A DNA stretch of 62,538 bases, counting the filler, from Nemertoderma westbladi (Eukaryota; Animalia; Xenacoelomorpha): NCBI GenBank assembly GCA_032718475.1. It is 3 parts of 3 records of this genome, joined end to end, with 100 filler letters (N's around TTAATTAATTAA, not from the genome) between each part and the next. Parts side by side here need not be neighbours in the genome. Positions count along the whole stretch, not along the records: positions 1 to 21,961 come from JAUCBJ010002792.1; 2 more parts are not named here. The stretch is one strand, 5' to 3'. Under the pieces are notes generated by a model, which had not been told where the DNA came from, did no database searches, and was given only the letters and a program-made list of their open reading frames with translations. Shown one piece after another: positions 1 through 14,397 of the stretch. The position numbers were made by a program, and so were the translations under genes. How positions within the stretch are numbered: the stretch's first letter is position 1; each line of letters starts with the position of its first letter.

Positions 1-2226
1 TCTAATACAGTGTCGGGGCGTTTGTCTTGGCGAGCCCAGTACAACTTCCAGCGGTTAAACTCGCCCTCCACATCATTGACACTCCCTGGTAAGAAGGAAA
101 CGTAGCGTTCAACCCCATCCTTTATAGTATCAAACGCCCTTCCAGTGCACAAACTTGGGATTAAAGAACACAGTTTCAGTGCATGGGCACTTTGCGACTG
201 GAACCTTTCTTTCAATTGAAATATGCAAGAGTCAATGAAAGGATAAAAAACATTTCGTCTGTAATACTGATGGACTGATTCAGATGGAGCGTTGGCGCGG
301 TTTCTTTGTCGTCCAACTACTCTGGGCGTGGTTAGTGGTTCCCCATAGATCTTTTCGGCCTCATCCAACAGTTTCTGAAAGGTGCTATCTTCTTGGTACT
401 GCTTGAGAACATTTACACAATCCTGTACAGATTCCAATGCGGTGTATAGATCTTGAGAACTGCCTTGTAGACTTTGTGATAGTGGCTTGTTTACTGCTAA
501 AACTTTGTTGAGTATTAACATTGACAACAGAAAGCTACCATTGTCTATAGCTCGTAAGTACATTGAAGCTGTTCCAATTGTATCCTTGCCATACTCGGAA
601 CTGAGTGAGTTAGATATATGAGACAAAGAGGCAACTATCGCAGGATACAGTTCGGCAAAGATGCTACTGTAATTGAAGTATGACGCTCTACCCACCTGGT
701 TTCACAGTAGTTATGGAGTCGTGTGTGTGAAGTTGCTGGACAGTGTTCCATTATTTTGCTCTTTAGCAACTTGCGACGTTTTGTGCTATCGTTGAAAAAC
801 ACACATACCTTGTGCATAGTTGTTACTGCTGACCTGATAGATTGTTCTTGGGTTGCATCTGTGAGGCAAAGATTTAAACTATGTGAGATGCAATGTACAA
901 ATGAAGCTGCTGGATAAATACGTATTATATTGCTTTGCACACCATTGTCCTTTCCAGCCATAGAACTGCATCCATCATATCCTTGGCCTACTAAAAACCC
1001 TGCATCTAATTTGCAATTTTTCAATATTTCTAGAATTTGATCTGCCAGGCCAGCCCCAGTTAGATTAGTGGCATGTTCAAATTTAAGAAAACGCTCCTTT
1101 ATAGCTGGACATCCCGCTACTGTAGCAACATACCGAATACAAATTGATAACTGGGACATTCCAGATGTATCTATAATCTCATCTGCCACCACTGAGAAAA
1201 ACTTAGCATCTTCTATCTCTTTAACAATAGTTGCTTGCATTATGTTTGAAATTGAATCTATTAAACTATTTTGTGATTGGTAGGAAATATAGGAAGCATT
1301 TCGACCACAAAAGTGATTTCGCAAAATTTCATCATTGCATATGAAACCATCAATTGTAAAAGTGCACGAAAGTTTCCTTGATTATAATCAATTTCTGATG
1401 AGCTTGCAGTAGGACCTTGTTCTGGTAGGGGGAGAATGCCATCGTCACGATGTCCGCGAAGAGCCAAACCTAATCGTCCAAGATGCTCAATAGCAACTAA
1501 AATTCTTTTGAATTGGAATTTCTGTTTCTCTCCTTTTCAAGAGCCGCTGCTGAATTTAGCCTACAACTAATATCTTTACCAGAAATTACCGTATTTTCAA
1601 AGTCTTGAGATTTAGAAACATTGTCTTCATGAAATTTGTTCTTCATGTGAGAGGAAAGGGAACCACATTTTCCTGTAAGGTTAATGTACTTCTGCAAAGG
1701 ATATTTTACTAATCTGTTGAGTTTCACTCCCCCAACTGTATCGCCACCAAATAAAACACACGCTCTGCAGAACACCCCTTGCTTCAGTGGTGAGTATGAA
1801 AAAACGCCAAAATCTCCAATTAAATGTTGTTTTCCCAAATATTTATTTGTAAGTTTCTCACCAACTTTGCGCTCTGTAAAGGGCCAAATAAAGTCGTTTG
1901 AAGGAGTCCAGGGATTTCGTAGCAACTCGAGACGTTGCAGGTCCGTTAGTTTCTGATCGATTGCAATACCAATATCATTACAGCTGATAGATAGATCGAG
2001 ATACTGCAGGATCGCTACTGTTTTCGCAAAAACTCATTTCAGCATTTGATCCCGACTCCTTAGAATCTCTTCTAATTGAACACTGCAGAGGCAGCGACGG
2101 AGACAGACTACGACAGTTCTGGTCAGTATCTGCTCGAACAGGTGTGCTGGGCTGAGCTTCCGCATCCACACGTGCAATCTTTGTCGCTTTTGCTGGCGCA
2201 CTAAAGAAGTCTGTAATCCATTTCAT
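1..2226 (-). mobile_element. hAT-family transposase remnant (THAP12/PRKRIR/ZMYM1-like), frameshifted, runs off the window start
   Basis: Colinear broken ORFs 1978-2226, 1497-1925, 1261-1467, 635-1324 and a continuing frame below 634. Motifs: ALRGHRDDG, GNFRALL, FFSVVADE, GQGYDG, HCISHSLNL, CETRWVERH, YYRRNVFYPFID. These are typical of this hAT group. Confidence 0.9.
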
Positions 2227-2576
2227 TCTTATGAGAACAGTATGATGAAATCAATTAAACCATCATATCTATGTATCTCTCTCTATCTATTATAATACTT
2301 ACAGATAGTGGCGCAAATTGACCCCATGTGCAAAGAGTAATCAATCTCCTACTCAAATTGACCGCAAGTAAAGAAAAGTTTCGTTTATTGTTTTGGTTAG
2401 AAAACATGGCCACGCGCCACTGTAAAGTAACATTTCTGCCTTTCACATAATGCAGTAATCGAGTAATGCTTGGTATAACTTGTATGGCAGTATATAGTAA
2501 ATGTTTTGACGTTTGTTTGTAGTAAACAACAATGATGAATTGAAAATAGATTTGGATTTCGGGAACCGAAAATATA

Positions 2577-2730
2577 TAATGGCAATGAAAACCAGCGATA
2601 AAACATATAACGATTTCATATTAATGTTATTGCAAAACACATAAAATACACTTTTGATGTGTTTTGCAATAACAACTGCAATATTAAAATAAATCGTTAT
2701 ATGTTTTATCGCTGGTTTTCATTGCCATTA
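2577..2730. mobile_element. Small palindromic MITE-like element (long hairpin)
   Basis: taatggcaatgaaaaccagcgataaaacatataacgattt at 2577 is the reverse complement of the end at 2730. An inner inverted repeat (gttattgcaaaacacat/atgtgttttgcaataac) is also present. Confidence 0.7.
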
Positions 2731-3600
2731 AATGATAAATTGGAACTGGGAAAGGGGGGGGGGGGGATTTGGGATATGATTTTTACGCGCAACGTTATGG
2801 CTTGACGCGTGAAATGCTACTGACCTTTCGTGAAATGCTGCTGACCTTTAAATACCGTATAATATACAGTCGGTGCACGACTGGAGGTACAAAATAAATA
2901 TGCTCGTAAATGTTAAAATACCCCTTTCACGATTTAATGTTTATGTTTTCTGTTTCTATAATTTTCATATTTTAAGAATTTTTTATACTTTCCCATTAGG
3001 CTAGCAATAATCATGTTTGTATTTACATTGCCATATTGTAAAACTTAACTTACAACATCTAAACAATTCGTAGGTAAAGAAAGCGTCAGCAATAAATAAA
3101 TAAATAAAGACCGTATTGCCATCAACTACGCCTTGCAGGGGTATGTTGAATATTATGGTTATACCACTTAAATAAACAAAAAATAATTGGGCGTCATCAT
3201 ATTAATCACATATAATGTGAACCCATTATAAACAGGAGGGAGGGTTTACCCAAAAATGGGTTACCTTGCTTACATACGACAAAACCTAATTAGCCTGATA
3301 AACCCCAATTAGTCACAGAAAGGGCGTCAATTAGGTTCGATCTATCCAAAAACATGGCAAATTTTCTCTTATCACATCTCTTTGATGCTAAATAGACTGT
3401 CATAAACAGTGATGATTCTCCATTACGGCAACTATAATAATTAGCAATTATTGATAACAATAACTCAAAACAAAATCGATAATCTTCATCAAATTGCAAA
3501 GTTTCAAGGATAACAGGCCTAATTAACAATTGAAGATGAAAACAATTCAAAACCTAATCGGAAGTCATCCTCAGCTTGCAAGGCTGAAATAATAAATACT

Positions 3601-5145
3601 TCTGGTATGTTACGGTAATGGAGTTGTGTACCTGGTATGTATGGTAACGGAGTTGTGTACCTGAGAGCTGAACCATCTGGTATGTTACGGTAATGGAGTT
3701 GTGTACCTGCGCGCCGTACCATCTGGTATGTATGGTAACGGAGTTGTGTACCTGAGAGCTGTACCATCTGGTATGTTACGGTAATGGAGTTGTTACCCCT
3801 GCGCGCCGTCCATCTGGTAAGTTATGGTAACGGAGTTGTGTACCTGAGAGCCGTACCATCTGGTATGTTACAGTAATGGATTTGTGTATCTGAGCACCAT
3901 ACCATCTAGTATGTTATGGTAACGGAGTTGTGTACCTGCGCCCCATACCATCTGGTATGTTATGGTAACGGAGTTGTGTACCTGTGTGCCGTATCATCTG
4001 GTATGTTACAGTAATGGAGTTGTTAACCTGAGCGCCGTACCATCTGGTATGTTATGGTAATGGAGTTGTGTACCTGAGCGCCGTACCATCTGGTATGTTA
4101 TGGTAATGGAGTTGTGTACCTGTGCGCCGTACCATCTGGTATGTTACAGTAATGGGGTTGTTAACCTGAGCGCCGTACCATCTGGTATGTTACGGTAACG
4201 GAGTTGTGTACTTGAGAGCTGTACCATCTGGTATGCTATGGTAACAGAGTTGTGTACCTGAGAGCCATACCATCTGGTATGTTATGGTAACAGAGTTGTG
4301 TACCTGAGAGCCATACCATCTGGTATGTTATGGTAATGGAATTGTGTACCTGAGCACCGTACCATCTAGTATGATATGGTAACGGAGTTGTGTACCTGCG
4401 CGCCATACCATCTGGTATGCTACGGTAACGGAGTTGTGTACCTGCGCGCCGTACCATCTGGTATGTTACAGTAACGGAGTTGTGTACCTGAGCGCCGTAC
4501 CATCTGGTATGTTATGGTAACGGAGTTGTGTACCTGTGCGCCGTACCATCTGGTATGTTACAGTAATGGAGTTGTTAACCTGAGCGCCGTACCATCTGGT
4601 ATGTTACGGTAATGGAGTTGTGTACCTGAGCGCCGTACCATCTGGTATGTTATGGTAACGGAGTTGTGTACCTGTGCGCCGTGCCATCTGGTATGTTACA
4701 GTAATGGAGTTGTTAACCTGAGCGCCGTACCATCTGGTATGTTACGGTAACGGAGTTGTGTACTTGAGAGCTGTACCATCTGGTATGTTATGGTAACGGA
4801 GTTGTGTACCTGAGAGCTGTACCATCTGGTATGCTATGGTAACAGAGTTGTGTACCTGAGAGCCATACCATCTGGTATGTTATGGTAACAGAGTTGTGTA
4901 CCTGAGAGCCATACCATCTGGTATGTTATGGTAATGGAATTGTGTACCTGAGCACCGTACCATCTAGTATGATATGGTAACGGAGTTGTGTACCTGCGCA
5001 CCATACCATCTGGTATGCTACGGTAACGGAGTTGTGTACCTGCCCGCCGTACCATCTGGTATGTTACAGTAACGGAGTTGTGTACCTGAGAGCCATACCA
5101 TCTGGTATGTTATGGTAACTGAGTTGTGTACCTGCGCGCCGTACA
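3601..5145. repeat. 46-bp minisatellite, ~33 copies
   Basis: Unit ATCTGGTATGTTATGGTAACGGAGTTGTGTACCTGAGCGCCGTACC. Period checked between 4041 and 4087. Confidence 0.95.
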
Positions 5146-5528
5146 ATAAGCGTGTGATTGAGCGTCTACGCGGTCAGTCAGATGTTGATGGTAAATAGAG
5201 TGATAAAGAGTCTGATGTTTCAACTATAATATATATAGTGTTCGCTAATGGAGTTTACTAATGATAGATTGTCAACTTGATAATGCAATAATACCCGACT
5301 GTAACTGTACTAACTTGACCGTGAAAACATACTTACTAAACCGAGTGGTAGAAGTAATTTCACTAACACACCTTATCAATCTAATGCTTGCACACAACTG
5401 AACTAATAATGGGATTACAGTGGTTTATATAGCTATACCCAATATGTACGCTACTGGCCTCCCAAGATGAGTCAGCTGTTAGTGTTCAGCTGCCAAACCT
5501 TGCCGTTCTCTGTTTATGACACAGGGAT

Positions 5529-5770
5529 GTGGGGCGAGCGACGAAAGTAAGCGAGCTTAGCATACAGGTACGACTAACTCTATCGGGTGTGTCTGTTGTT
5601 CTGTTGATCTGTTGTTCTGTTGTTCTGTTGATCTGTTGTGTCCAATTTTAAACGTTAATAACTCGTTAATGAAATAAAACGTTAATGAAATTTAACCAAA
5701 CTTGGGTACACATGTAGTCTGGCCAAAGTTTAGAAATTTTCCAAGTTTAATTTCCGTGTGGCCTTCAAGA
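5529..5770 (+). mobile_element. Helentron-associated/DINE-1-like non-autonomous repeat
   Basis: Starts gtggggcgagcgacgaaagtaagcgag, then a (tctgttg)n microsatellite, then aaccaaacttgggtacacatgtagtc. Related copies occur at ~10800-11180(-), 17848-18060, 18080-18400, 37297, 39798 and 44278. The HINE assignment is from architecture only. Confidence 0.6.
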
Positions 5771-6322
5771 AGCTAAGATAATAGCAGTTAATTAGTTAAT
5801 TAAGTTGATTAGGGTAAAAACAGCAATTTCAACCTGCCTCCTTAAAGGATATTAATTATTTTCTAGTATAAGATTTAAATAAGTATACTTAAAAGTTATA
5901 CAGCTGTAATCCCCATACACCATCCCATTATAGTTTTTAATTAGTTCAAGAGATTTGCTTTAAGAAATGTGTTTTTAATTGATCTAAACGTAATTAAGTT
6001 AAAATTCTTTCCATCACACTATACTTCCAGTCTCGGCATTCTTGATATTGCCTATAGATGGGAAACATTCCAATCATCCTTTCACTGAGCTTGCTCTATC
6101 TAGCACACTGATTGGCTGAATTTAATGGTGATTATTTAAATATTAGTTAGCTAAATGATTTCGTTGAGGCATTGACATGATAAATTAATATTTTAGTATC
6201 AATACTATCGGCATAATGTAAGTTTTAATAATTTTTACAAATTGGGTTGCCTCCGCACATAAAAATATATTTCTTTTAATTAATCCTTTGTGCTCCTTTG
6301 CGGTTGGGGTGGTGCAGATTAA

Positions 6323-8933
6323 CCCTTTGAGGACCGCAAGGGTACCAGAAGTGCCACATTTGATTCAAGTGAATATTTGGGGTCAAGACCCATATAAAAA
6401 CATAAAAACAAAAGGACTTTGAAAAATTTCAATGCCTTCATAGAAATCTGAGCCGGGATCCTGGAGTCCCTATGGTCCTTAAGGTGAACCTGGGCATTTT
6501 TCAATAAAATCAACGAAAAGGTAGAAATTGTTGGAAATTATGATGAACTGGTCAGTCCAAAATAGTTGGCAGTAATTTGTACACAAAAACGTGCCAAGAA
6601 GAAGGTCCAAGGTTTTAGGAATTCCTGGAAATTCTGAAAAACAGCAGAAATTTCTGAAAAAAAATTAAAAAAAATTAACGATTGCGAAAATAGCTAAAAT
6701 TATTATTAACTGGAAAGTGGAAATGCAAGCTAGAGTAGGGCCATTATATTATATATCAAAGTAACAACTATTTTTAGTTAAACTAAATTTAGCACAGGTA
6801 GGCCGATAAACAATATAGGCTACTGAAAAAATTACAAAATAATGAAATTATGAAAATTATTTATAACTGGAAATTCCCACTAAGAACTATTATATACAGG
6901 TACCGCCGGGTACCAATGTAACAATTATTGCACATTATAATAGTAGAATCAATCTAGGCCCTATATAGTATAGATCTATATAGAAACCTATATAATCAAA
7001 TTAGGCCTATACAACAGTTAAAGTTTAGACTAATTATGGTACTCTTCGAAGCAATTGCGAGCATTGATTCCGGGATTAACGTGTTTGGGGGCTCCACGTA
7101 ATACAGCAAAACTGTCAGGCTGTTAGCCTAATATATAAGTAACACACGTCATACTGTAAACCAATTGAGGGAAAGGAGCAAGTTACAGAGGCAGGCTTTT
7201 CTAACCAAAACAATAAACGGCCACTTTTTGACTTTACCACAGTCTGACAGTACCGTTACAGTACGTGGAGGCCCTGCAACACGTTAGTCCTGCGATTCCA
7301 GATATAGAGATACACTGCAAAAATGTACTTGACAGGCTTTACATCTAATATTATCGATCTTCTGCTTAGCACACTGGGCACATCTGCCTCGCCCATCATC
7401 TAGCTGAGGCATGTGGGCATTCAGAGCATAAGAAACAATTGGTGGAAGAATCTTCTTGCGGTAATTGGTGGGAGCTTCCCTAGTATGGCTGCAGAAGTTT
7501 CCAATAGACACTGTTCGAGATTAAGTTTATAATCTAGCAGTCGGGACTTTTCACTGGTTAGTTGTTCCTGGACTCGGAAGGAATTAACAACACTGACATC
7601 CAATAGATCAAATATTAATCGTAAATAAAACCGGAACCTGGACTTTCGATACAACTCGTAGCTGGCCTTCATCTGATCACAGAGTTCTACCCCACTCACG
7701 ACTTGGTTGTAGACTTGGACTGATTTTGGACAATAAGGACAGCTTATCAGAAGTCCCAGCTTGGTGCTTGGCGCCTCTTTACAACTACAGTTTCTCTAGG
7801 GTTGATGAAATTATCCACCATATAAACAGAACGATTATCAACCCACTTGGTGGCGACGAGTGATCCTAAGCAACGCCAATCAATATCTCCTCTCTTAATT
7901 TCCTTTATCATCTTTGAGCATATCAACAGGAAATTGTATACGGTTTACTCGACAAGTACCCACTTGATTACAAGTTAATTTCAGTTAATTTTTGGACAAG
8001 ATTAGGACTAGTGAATAATTTATCAGAGCCAGAGGCAATGTAATGTAATGAATACCAGTAGTATAGCCTAGGCTGCTAACCTATGTCCTGTATGAATAGA
8101 ATATCTGAACATAGGCCTATATAACATTAAGTTACTAATAGTTGGGCCAAATTATTACCTACAGCCTGCCCGGCCCTACTTAGCAGCCCTGGTTAGGCTG
8201 TTTAGCTACTAACACTGTAACAAGTAGCTAATTCCAGAATTCAGTAGGCCTAATTGAATTCCGTCCGCAATAGGCCTGACTGCCAGACAGCTGATACAGT
8301 GACCGGTAAAGATGATTGAGAAAACGAACCACCTTAAATGAACGGGTAGGCTAGATTTGTAGACAATGAATGTATCTGTAAGGGCCATTAAACGCAGCCA
8401 ATCATCGCCGATACCTTGAAAACACTGTCCAGTGTTCAGACAGGCATGTGCATTGAACAACAAGATGATGCAACCAAGCACATCCTGACTTTGGAGAACA
8501 AGGTACTGATGGCGACAGAAGTCCTGTTATTTCAGCTCATTTGATTAAAAAGTTACTTACGGACAGCGGGACTCCCAGATCCCGCAAACGGAAACAGCTG
8601 GCATTTTTTCCCTGTAATATGTATAAAAATTTTGTTTGTTGTTTTGAATAAAGGGAAGGTGTGTCTATTTAATTTCAGTAATTACTGCACGTAATGACTT
8701 TTTGTATCAGAACTACAGTTCTCCAAACATTGTCAAAGTAAAAAAAATATTATTCAAATTTGAGATTATACAAAAACTTAACAAATAATAAAATTTGTGA
8801 AATTTCGCTGGGATGAGTTGCTCTCATCTATAATTAGTCCACTAAAACAAATATTTCGTCCGATGTGCGAAAATCAACTTCAGGAGCTTAGCTTTTGTGT
8901 TTGGGACTCCGGAGTCCCGCAGTCCTCAAAGGG
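6323..8933 (-). mobile_element. piggyBac DNA transposon, degenerate, with both TIRs and TTAA TSDs
   Basis: TTAA(6319-6322)+CCCTTTGAGGAC at the left end and GTCCTCAAAGGG+TTAA(8934-8937) at the right end. Minus-strand remnants SGVELCDQMKASY..FYLRLIFDLLDVSVVNSF and Cys-rich tail GRCAQC..RCKACQVHFC (7284-7699) match the PGBD C-terminus. Confidence 0.92.
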
Positions 8934-9459
8934 TTAAGAGGGCGGTTGAAGCAAGGGGGGAACTTTCCTCTCTTCTTTGATTTATTCTTATAGGCGGTTT
9001 GGTTAAATGTCTTATTTATTTATTTAAATTTCTTAAGTACCGATTTTGGGATAGAATTGCTCAATAATTTGATTAATTAATTTGTATCTGATAACTGAGC
9101 CTTGTCCTGCGCGATGGCCCCACGAACGTGTTATATATTACCTACAGTATAATTGCACCTAAACTTCCCGTGTGGTTTAATGGGTGAGATTCTTTACCTT
9201 ACTTGGATGGTAGATTCAGTACCGAACGAATCTATCATTGTTGTTCTTGGGTTGCCAATCTGGGTTGGTTTCCCTCTGTGGCCGCTTTGTTTATTGCTAA
9301 AATTATCCTGTATCCTTAGTCGCTACGGTAACATGGTATAGATAGAATCACAAATATTGGTAAGAATATTTTCACAGTATGGTAATTATTTCATTATCAT
9401 GTAGAATCTAAAAACAAATATTAGATATATTTTTAAGATATTTTTCCCATTACATAATA

Positions 9460-10190
9460 TAAGTACCAGGATATTGTTCCACTTAAATGCTGACGTGTAC
9501 CAATTGATATGTACCCTGATATTTTTTTGCCATTATATAAATATGTACCAAGATATTTTTTTCCCATTATGTAAATATGTACCAAGATATTGTTCCACTT
9601 ATGTACTGACATGTACCAATTGATATGTACCCTGATATTTTTTTGCCATTATATAAATATGTACCAAGATATTTTTTTCCCATTATGTAAATATGTACCA
9701 AGATATTGTTCCACTTATGTACTGACATGTACCAATTGATATGTACCCTGATATTTTTTTGCCATTATATAAATATGTACCAAGATATTTTTTTCCCATT
9801 ATGTAAATATGTACCAAGATATTGTTCCACTTATGTACTGACATGTACCAATTGATATGTACCCTGATATTTTTTTGCCATTATATAAATATGTACCAAG
9901 ATATTTTTCCCAGTATAAAAATATGTACCAAGATATTTTTCCCAGTATAAAAATATGTACCAAGATATTTTTCCAGTTATATAAATATGTACCAAGATAT
10001 TTTTCCAGTTATATAAATATGTACCAAGATATTTTTCCCAGTATAAAAATATGTACCAAGATATTTTTCCTGTTATATAAATATGTACCAAGATATTTTT
10101 CCCATTATATAAATGTGTACCAAGATAATTTCCATTATATATTTTTTTTCATTATATATTGATATGTACCAGGATATTTTTTTCACATTA
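9460..10190. repeat. AT-rich compound tandem repeat (~116-bp higher-order unit decaying into ~34-bp units)
   Basis: Repeated ATATGTACCAAGATATTTTT core. tgacatgtaccaattg recurs at about 116-bp spacing. Confidence 0.85.
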
Positions 10191-10799
10191 GCCAAGTTAT
10201 TTCCCTTTTTAGAAAAATAAAAAGATATTTTTTCCATTATATTTTTCCCATTATATAATGTTTATTAAAGTTACTTTTGCAAGTATAATCGTAGTTTATA
10301 GAATTATATTCTCATTAACCCTTAAACTGAACTAAATATGGTAATATAAGACGATAGATTGTTAATCTGATATGCAAGTAAATAGTCTGACTAAATCACT
10401 ATGTGCCGTAGGCCACCAGCAGTACCGGTTTAAGTATCATTTAACTGTTTCGCTTTCTTGAAGTCTTTATCTATAATATATTGTAATTCTACATAGGTAA
10501 TTGGGTGGGGCAGTTTTGCTGCTTTACCTCGGTTAGTGTGTTCATTCTGTTTGCATTATTTATATGTTCGTGGGGCCTTCGCGCAGCACAAGAGTCTATA
10601 TTAGAAAGTACATTATACGTATCTCTATTATATATACGAAAACTGTCTTTCCTAAAATATGAGTGAAGGCGATGCTATCAGTTTGTGATAAACTAGTTGT
10701 AAAAATAGAGAACCATTTCAGTTTGCCCTTACACACTTTCACTGTCATTTGTAAACCATATAACTAGGGCAATTTAAGTTAAGTATGACATTTTTAGTT

Positions 10800-11180
10800 T
10801 TACAATACTCTTCTCCTTCATTAGCCTCGTTGCGCTCGTCCTGTTTTGTCTTAAAATAATTTCCCTAAACGGAGACTAACGACCTTTATAACTGTGCAAA
10901 GTATCGAAACTGTGAGAGTAACTGCTGATTTATGGCAGATGGATACTCGTATCCACTGTAAACTCGTTGCGTTCGTTCGTTTTTGACCAAACTTGAGATT
11001 CTTTCTAAACTTTTGCCGGACTACATACGTACGAAGTTTCGTTTAATTTCATCTAGGCATAACCGAGTTATTAGCGATCAAAAATTTACGACGACGACGA
11101 CGACAGACTACGACGTTGACAGACAACTCGTTAATGGTACCCATATGCTAAGGCTTTGCTCACTTCGTGGCTCGCCCCAC
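10800..11180 (-). mobile_element. HINE/DINE-1-like repeat copy
   Basis: Reverse complement of the 17848-18060 copy (cacttcgtggctcgccccac end, (acg)n microsatellite). Confidence 0.65.
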
Positions 11181-11567
11181 AATTCAGTACCCGGGCCCAT
11201 ACAGACTTAAAAATCTGAACGAAAGTGATGTGTCAGTATAAATAGAAACCCAACCTGAGGGTAAGAAGACGATTCTGAGAAAATCAAATTTAAAGGGTGT
11301 AAACGCTTTGCTGAGGACAGTGTGCCAACAGTGTCGGCATTGTGTTGTGCTAAAGGTATCGACGTTATGTTGTGCAGATGGTGTCGGCGTTATGTTGTGC
11401 CGACAATGTCAAAAGTTTAATTTCTCATTTCATTTTCAACATTTTGCGGCATTTAAAAAAAAATTGCAAATTTCAGTGATGAAAAAGAAATGAGAATAAA
11501 AAAGAAAAGCTGAGTGTGAAACAGGGCGAGAAGAAATGTAGGAACAATAGGTGATTAACCATTAAGA

Positions 11568-13540
11568 TGGTACGTATATAGACATAATAATACGAGCATA
11601 CAATGTTCAAATGTTCTATACTGCCCCTGACATGTAACAATATGATACGGTACCAGTAGGGCTACAGACAAAACAAAATCCATACAAAATCAATACAAAA
11701 TCATATCCCCAACCAAAGTATAATATGAGTACTGTACCGGTACTACAGTATATCAGAATACCAGAATACCAATTGACTGACTCCCAGCTATCTCACCACC
11801 CCCCAATATTGGTTCGTTCAGGATTACTCAGACCTCGAATCAAGTCTATAGTCCCTGAACAACCATGTCGCGGTAGCTTAATCGAGTCAGTCCTGTCATC
11901 ATCCCCATTATTCCCATGATTCATAGCAACTAGTCTAACATAGTCATTATATCGAGATGTCAGGCCCTTGTTGGATCGTGTTGATTGTTGTTCATTCGGA
12001 TACACAGGAAGATCTCGTAGATTGTCGGAGATTTTGGGGAACTTACAGCATTATCGACAGGGCCACTATTTGGTTGCTGGGATGGTTCAGCAGGAATAGT
12101 TGGATGGTGTTCTAAATATCATCATCCATGGCAACTTGATCATCGCCCTTTTGATCAGTGTGGCTGGGTTGTTTTTGGTGAAAGTGTTACTGGTGTAGCT
12201 GCTGAGCTATCACAGCTCTGAGCTATTGTGATTGGCGGTGATTTAGAGTTGATGTCCGTGCCTGCCCACTTTGAGTGATTGGAATTTTCTATGACTGGTG
12301 CAACAAATGGTTCTTCAGTAAAATGGTGGCATTTGCGTAAGAACTTTATTTTCCGAAGTATCAATACACGAGAAACATCAATCTGGATTCGATACTGATT
12401 TTAAGGCAGTGTTTCAACCACAACGTCACGACGGTCCCATTTTCGTGGGCAGTTTCCAGTCTGATTCTGAACATCACCCATTTCAAGTGACTGCAAATCT
12501 TTTTGATTTTTGATGACCATTTCTCATGATCCCTGGGTGATCTAGCAGCCAAAGCATTTTCACGATGAAGAGCAACCTGCTTCCAGATCCCGGGGGAGTA
12601 TCCTTGATTGATCTGGTGCTTTGCAGAACTATCATACAATGATGGTAAGAAGTCTCGTAGAGAGTCTGCCATATAATGCCATGGCTGGTGATAGGCCAGT
12701 ATCTCGATCCGGTGTATTGCAATGGGTGAGTAATGCCCGCGAGAACTTTATCGTATCTATAGCAACTGTGACAGTTAAATTATTTATGAATCATTCTTTT
12801 GGCTGTCTTCACGCCAATTTCTGCTCGAAAATTTGAATGAGGATTGGCTACTGATGACAGCCTATGGGTTATACCATAGTTCTTAAAGAATTTCTTGGTT
12901 GCACCTGAGGTGTATTTCGAGTCACCATCAGTGGAACAGGTGACAGGTACCCCATAGACCTGACATAATCGTGTCAGTACTGTCAATAATGAATGAGCAT
13001 AATCTCCGCTATATACTCCGATCCAATTGGAAAATCAGTCAACAAAGATTCCATTTTTGTAACCATTCTGCTGCATATAATCGAGGCATATGTGCTCAAA
13101 TGGGTACTGCGGTGTTATGGTAGTAACGGGTGGAAGATTGTAGTGTGATGGAGCATTGGGGTTTCCACAGTGATCACGAACTCTCTTAATGTCCTTTGTG
13201 ATATCTGGCCAAAAGACAGTGTTCTGCTCGAAGAGTCATGACTGTAATGCCCTGATGAGCATAATGCAAGGTCTTTAATGTAACCTCACATAGAAATGTA
13301 GGGATGACCACTCTACCTTTGTACAAAGGGACTCTATCAATAACCAACAGGTTGTTCTAAGTCGGAGATATTCAATTAAAGGCTGTGCCTCTATATAATC
13401 TTGAAACTCACTGGTGATTAACATGATAAGCGCTTTGGGTGATTGGATCATCAGTACAGGTTTGTTTGACCTTACACCATGTAATTGCTTGGACATCTGA
13501 ATCGAATGCAGCCAGAATCTCAGATTCACTGTCAATTTAT
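11568..13540 (-). mobile_element. Gypsy LTR retrotransposon remnant (integrase, pol C-terminus, possible PPT and 3' LTR)
   Basis: Integrase fragment YGVPVTCSTDG..YGITHRLSSVANPHSNFRAEIGVKTAKR (12780-12986) and C-terminal STRSNKGLTSRYNDYV. A purine-rich tract lies near 11791-11805 on the minus strand. Many stops and frameshifts. The LTR boundary is tentative. Confidence 0.8.
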
Positions 13541-14397
13541 ACAGTATATCAGTTACTATGAATCATGCACCACAGATCTCAAGAAAAAATGTTCAATATA
13601 AATTAATCAGATTAACGAAAACGTACAAAAAAATAGCACAATATGTAGAGATTCTAAATAAACTATAATTTGATAAATCAGAAGCAATATATTTATATTC
13701 TATAATACTATAACTTTATCAAAATTACTTTCCTATAGATTATAAATACTATTATAATTGCTATATTACTACAGTTCATATTACATGATTGATCGAAGTA
13801 TTACTATAACTTTGTCATAAATATATAATTCATATACATGATTGTTGTACTGACCGGATAATACTGTAGTTCACGAAATACCTATTGTTAATATTTAAAT
13901 TAAACTCGTCGGAATGTAAATAGCTATTACGATTCTAAAAGTTCTAGAACATCAAAGGCACACTTCATAGATAGGCCAAGATCGGTGGACCCAAGGACAG
14001 TCGCAAGGGAAGAATAATACAGATCGGTAGGACGAGAAACAAGTTGGCATTGGCGGAGGCTATGGTATTCCGTTGATATAGAACCGTATTTACATATACA
14101 CGGGATTCTGGAGGGATAGACCTCCAACGTCCAACCTCTACTGGGAGTTGTGTAGAGCCTAGTCGAAACCTTGACCAAGCGATACGGTTCCTTTCATTAA
14201 TACCAGGGATGCGGGTCGTGTATATAGGGTGCGGGTCTAGATCGGGGTTTCATTGCTTATACACAGAGCGGCGGGTAGAAGAAACTTCGGCTAGAAGTTT
14301 TTCTTACAGGACAAATCTCTACCTATCGGGTCAACCATATCGTTAAGGATTTCTGCAACGGCTACCCCCATAGGCGTACGGTTAATAACACACAGAT

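Noticed and set aside
9198-9407. Exon-like segment on the minus strand (also ~17260-17475 and ~19670-19917)
   Set aside because: Plausible splice signals, but in-frame stops in the candidate frames and no recognisable protein.
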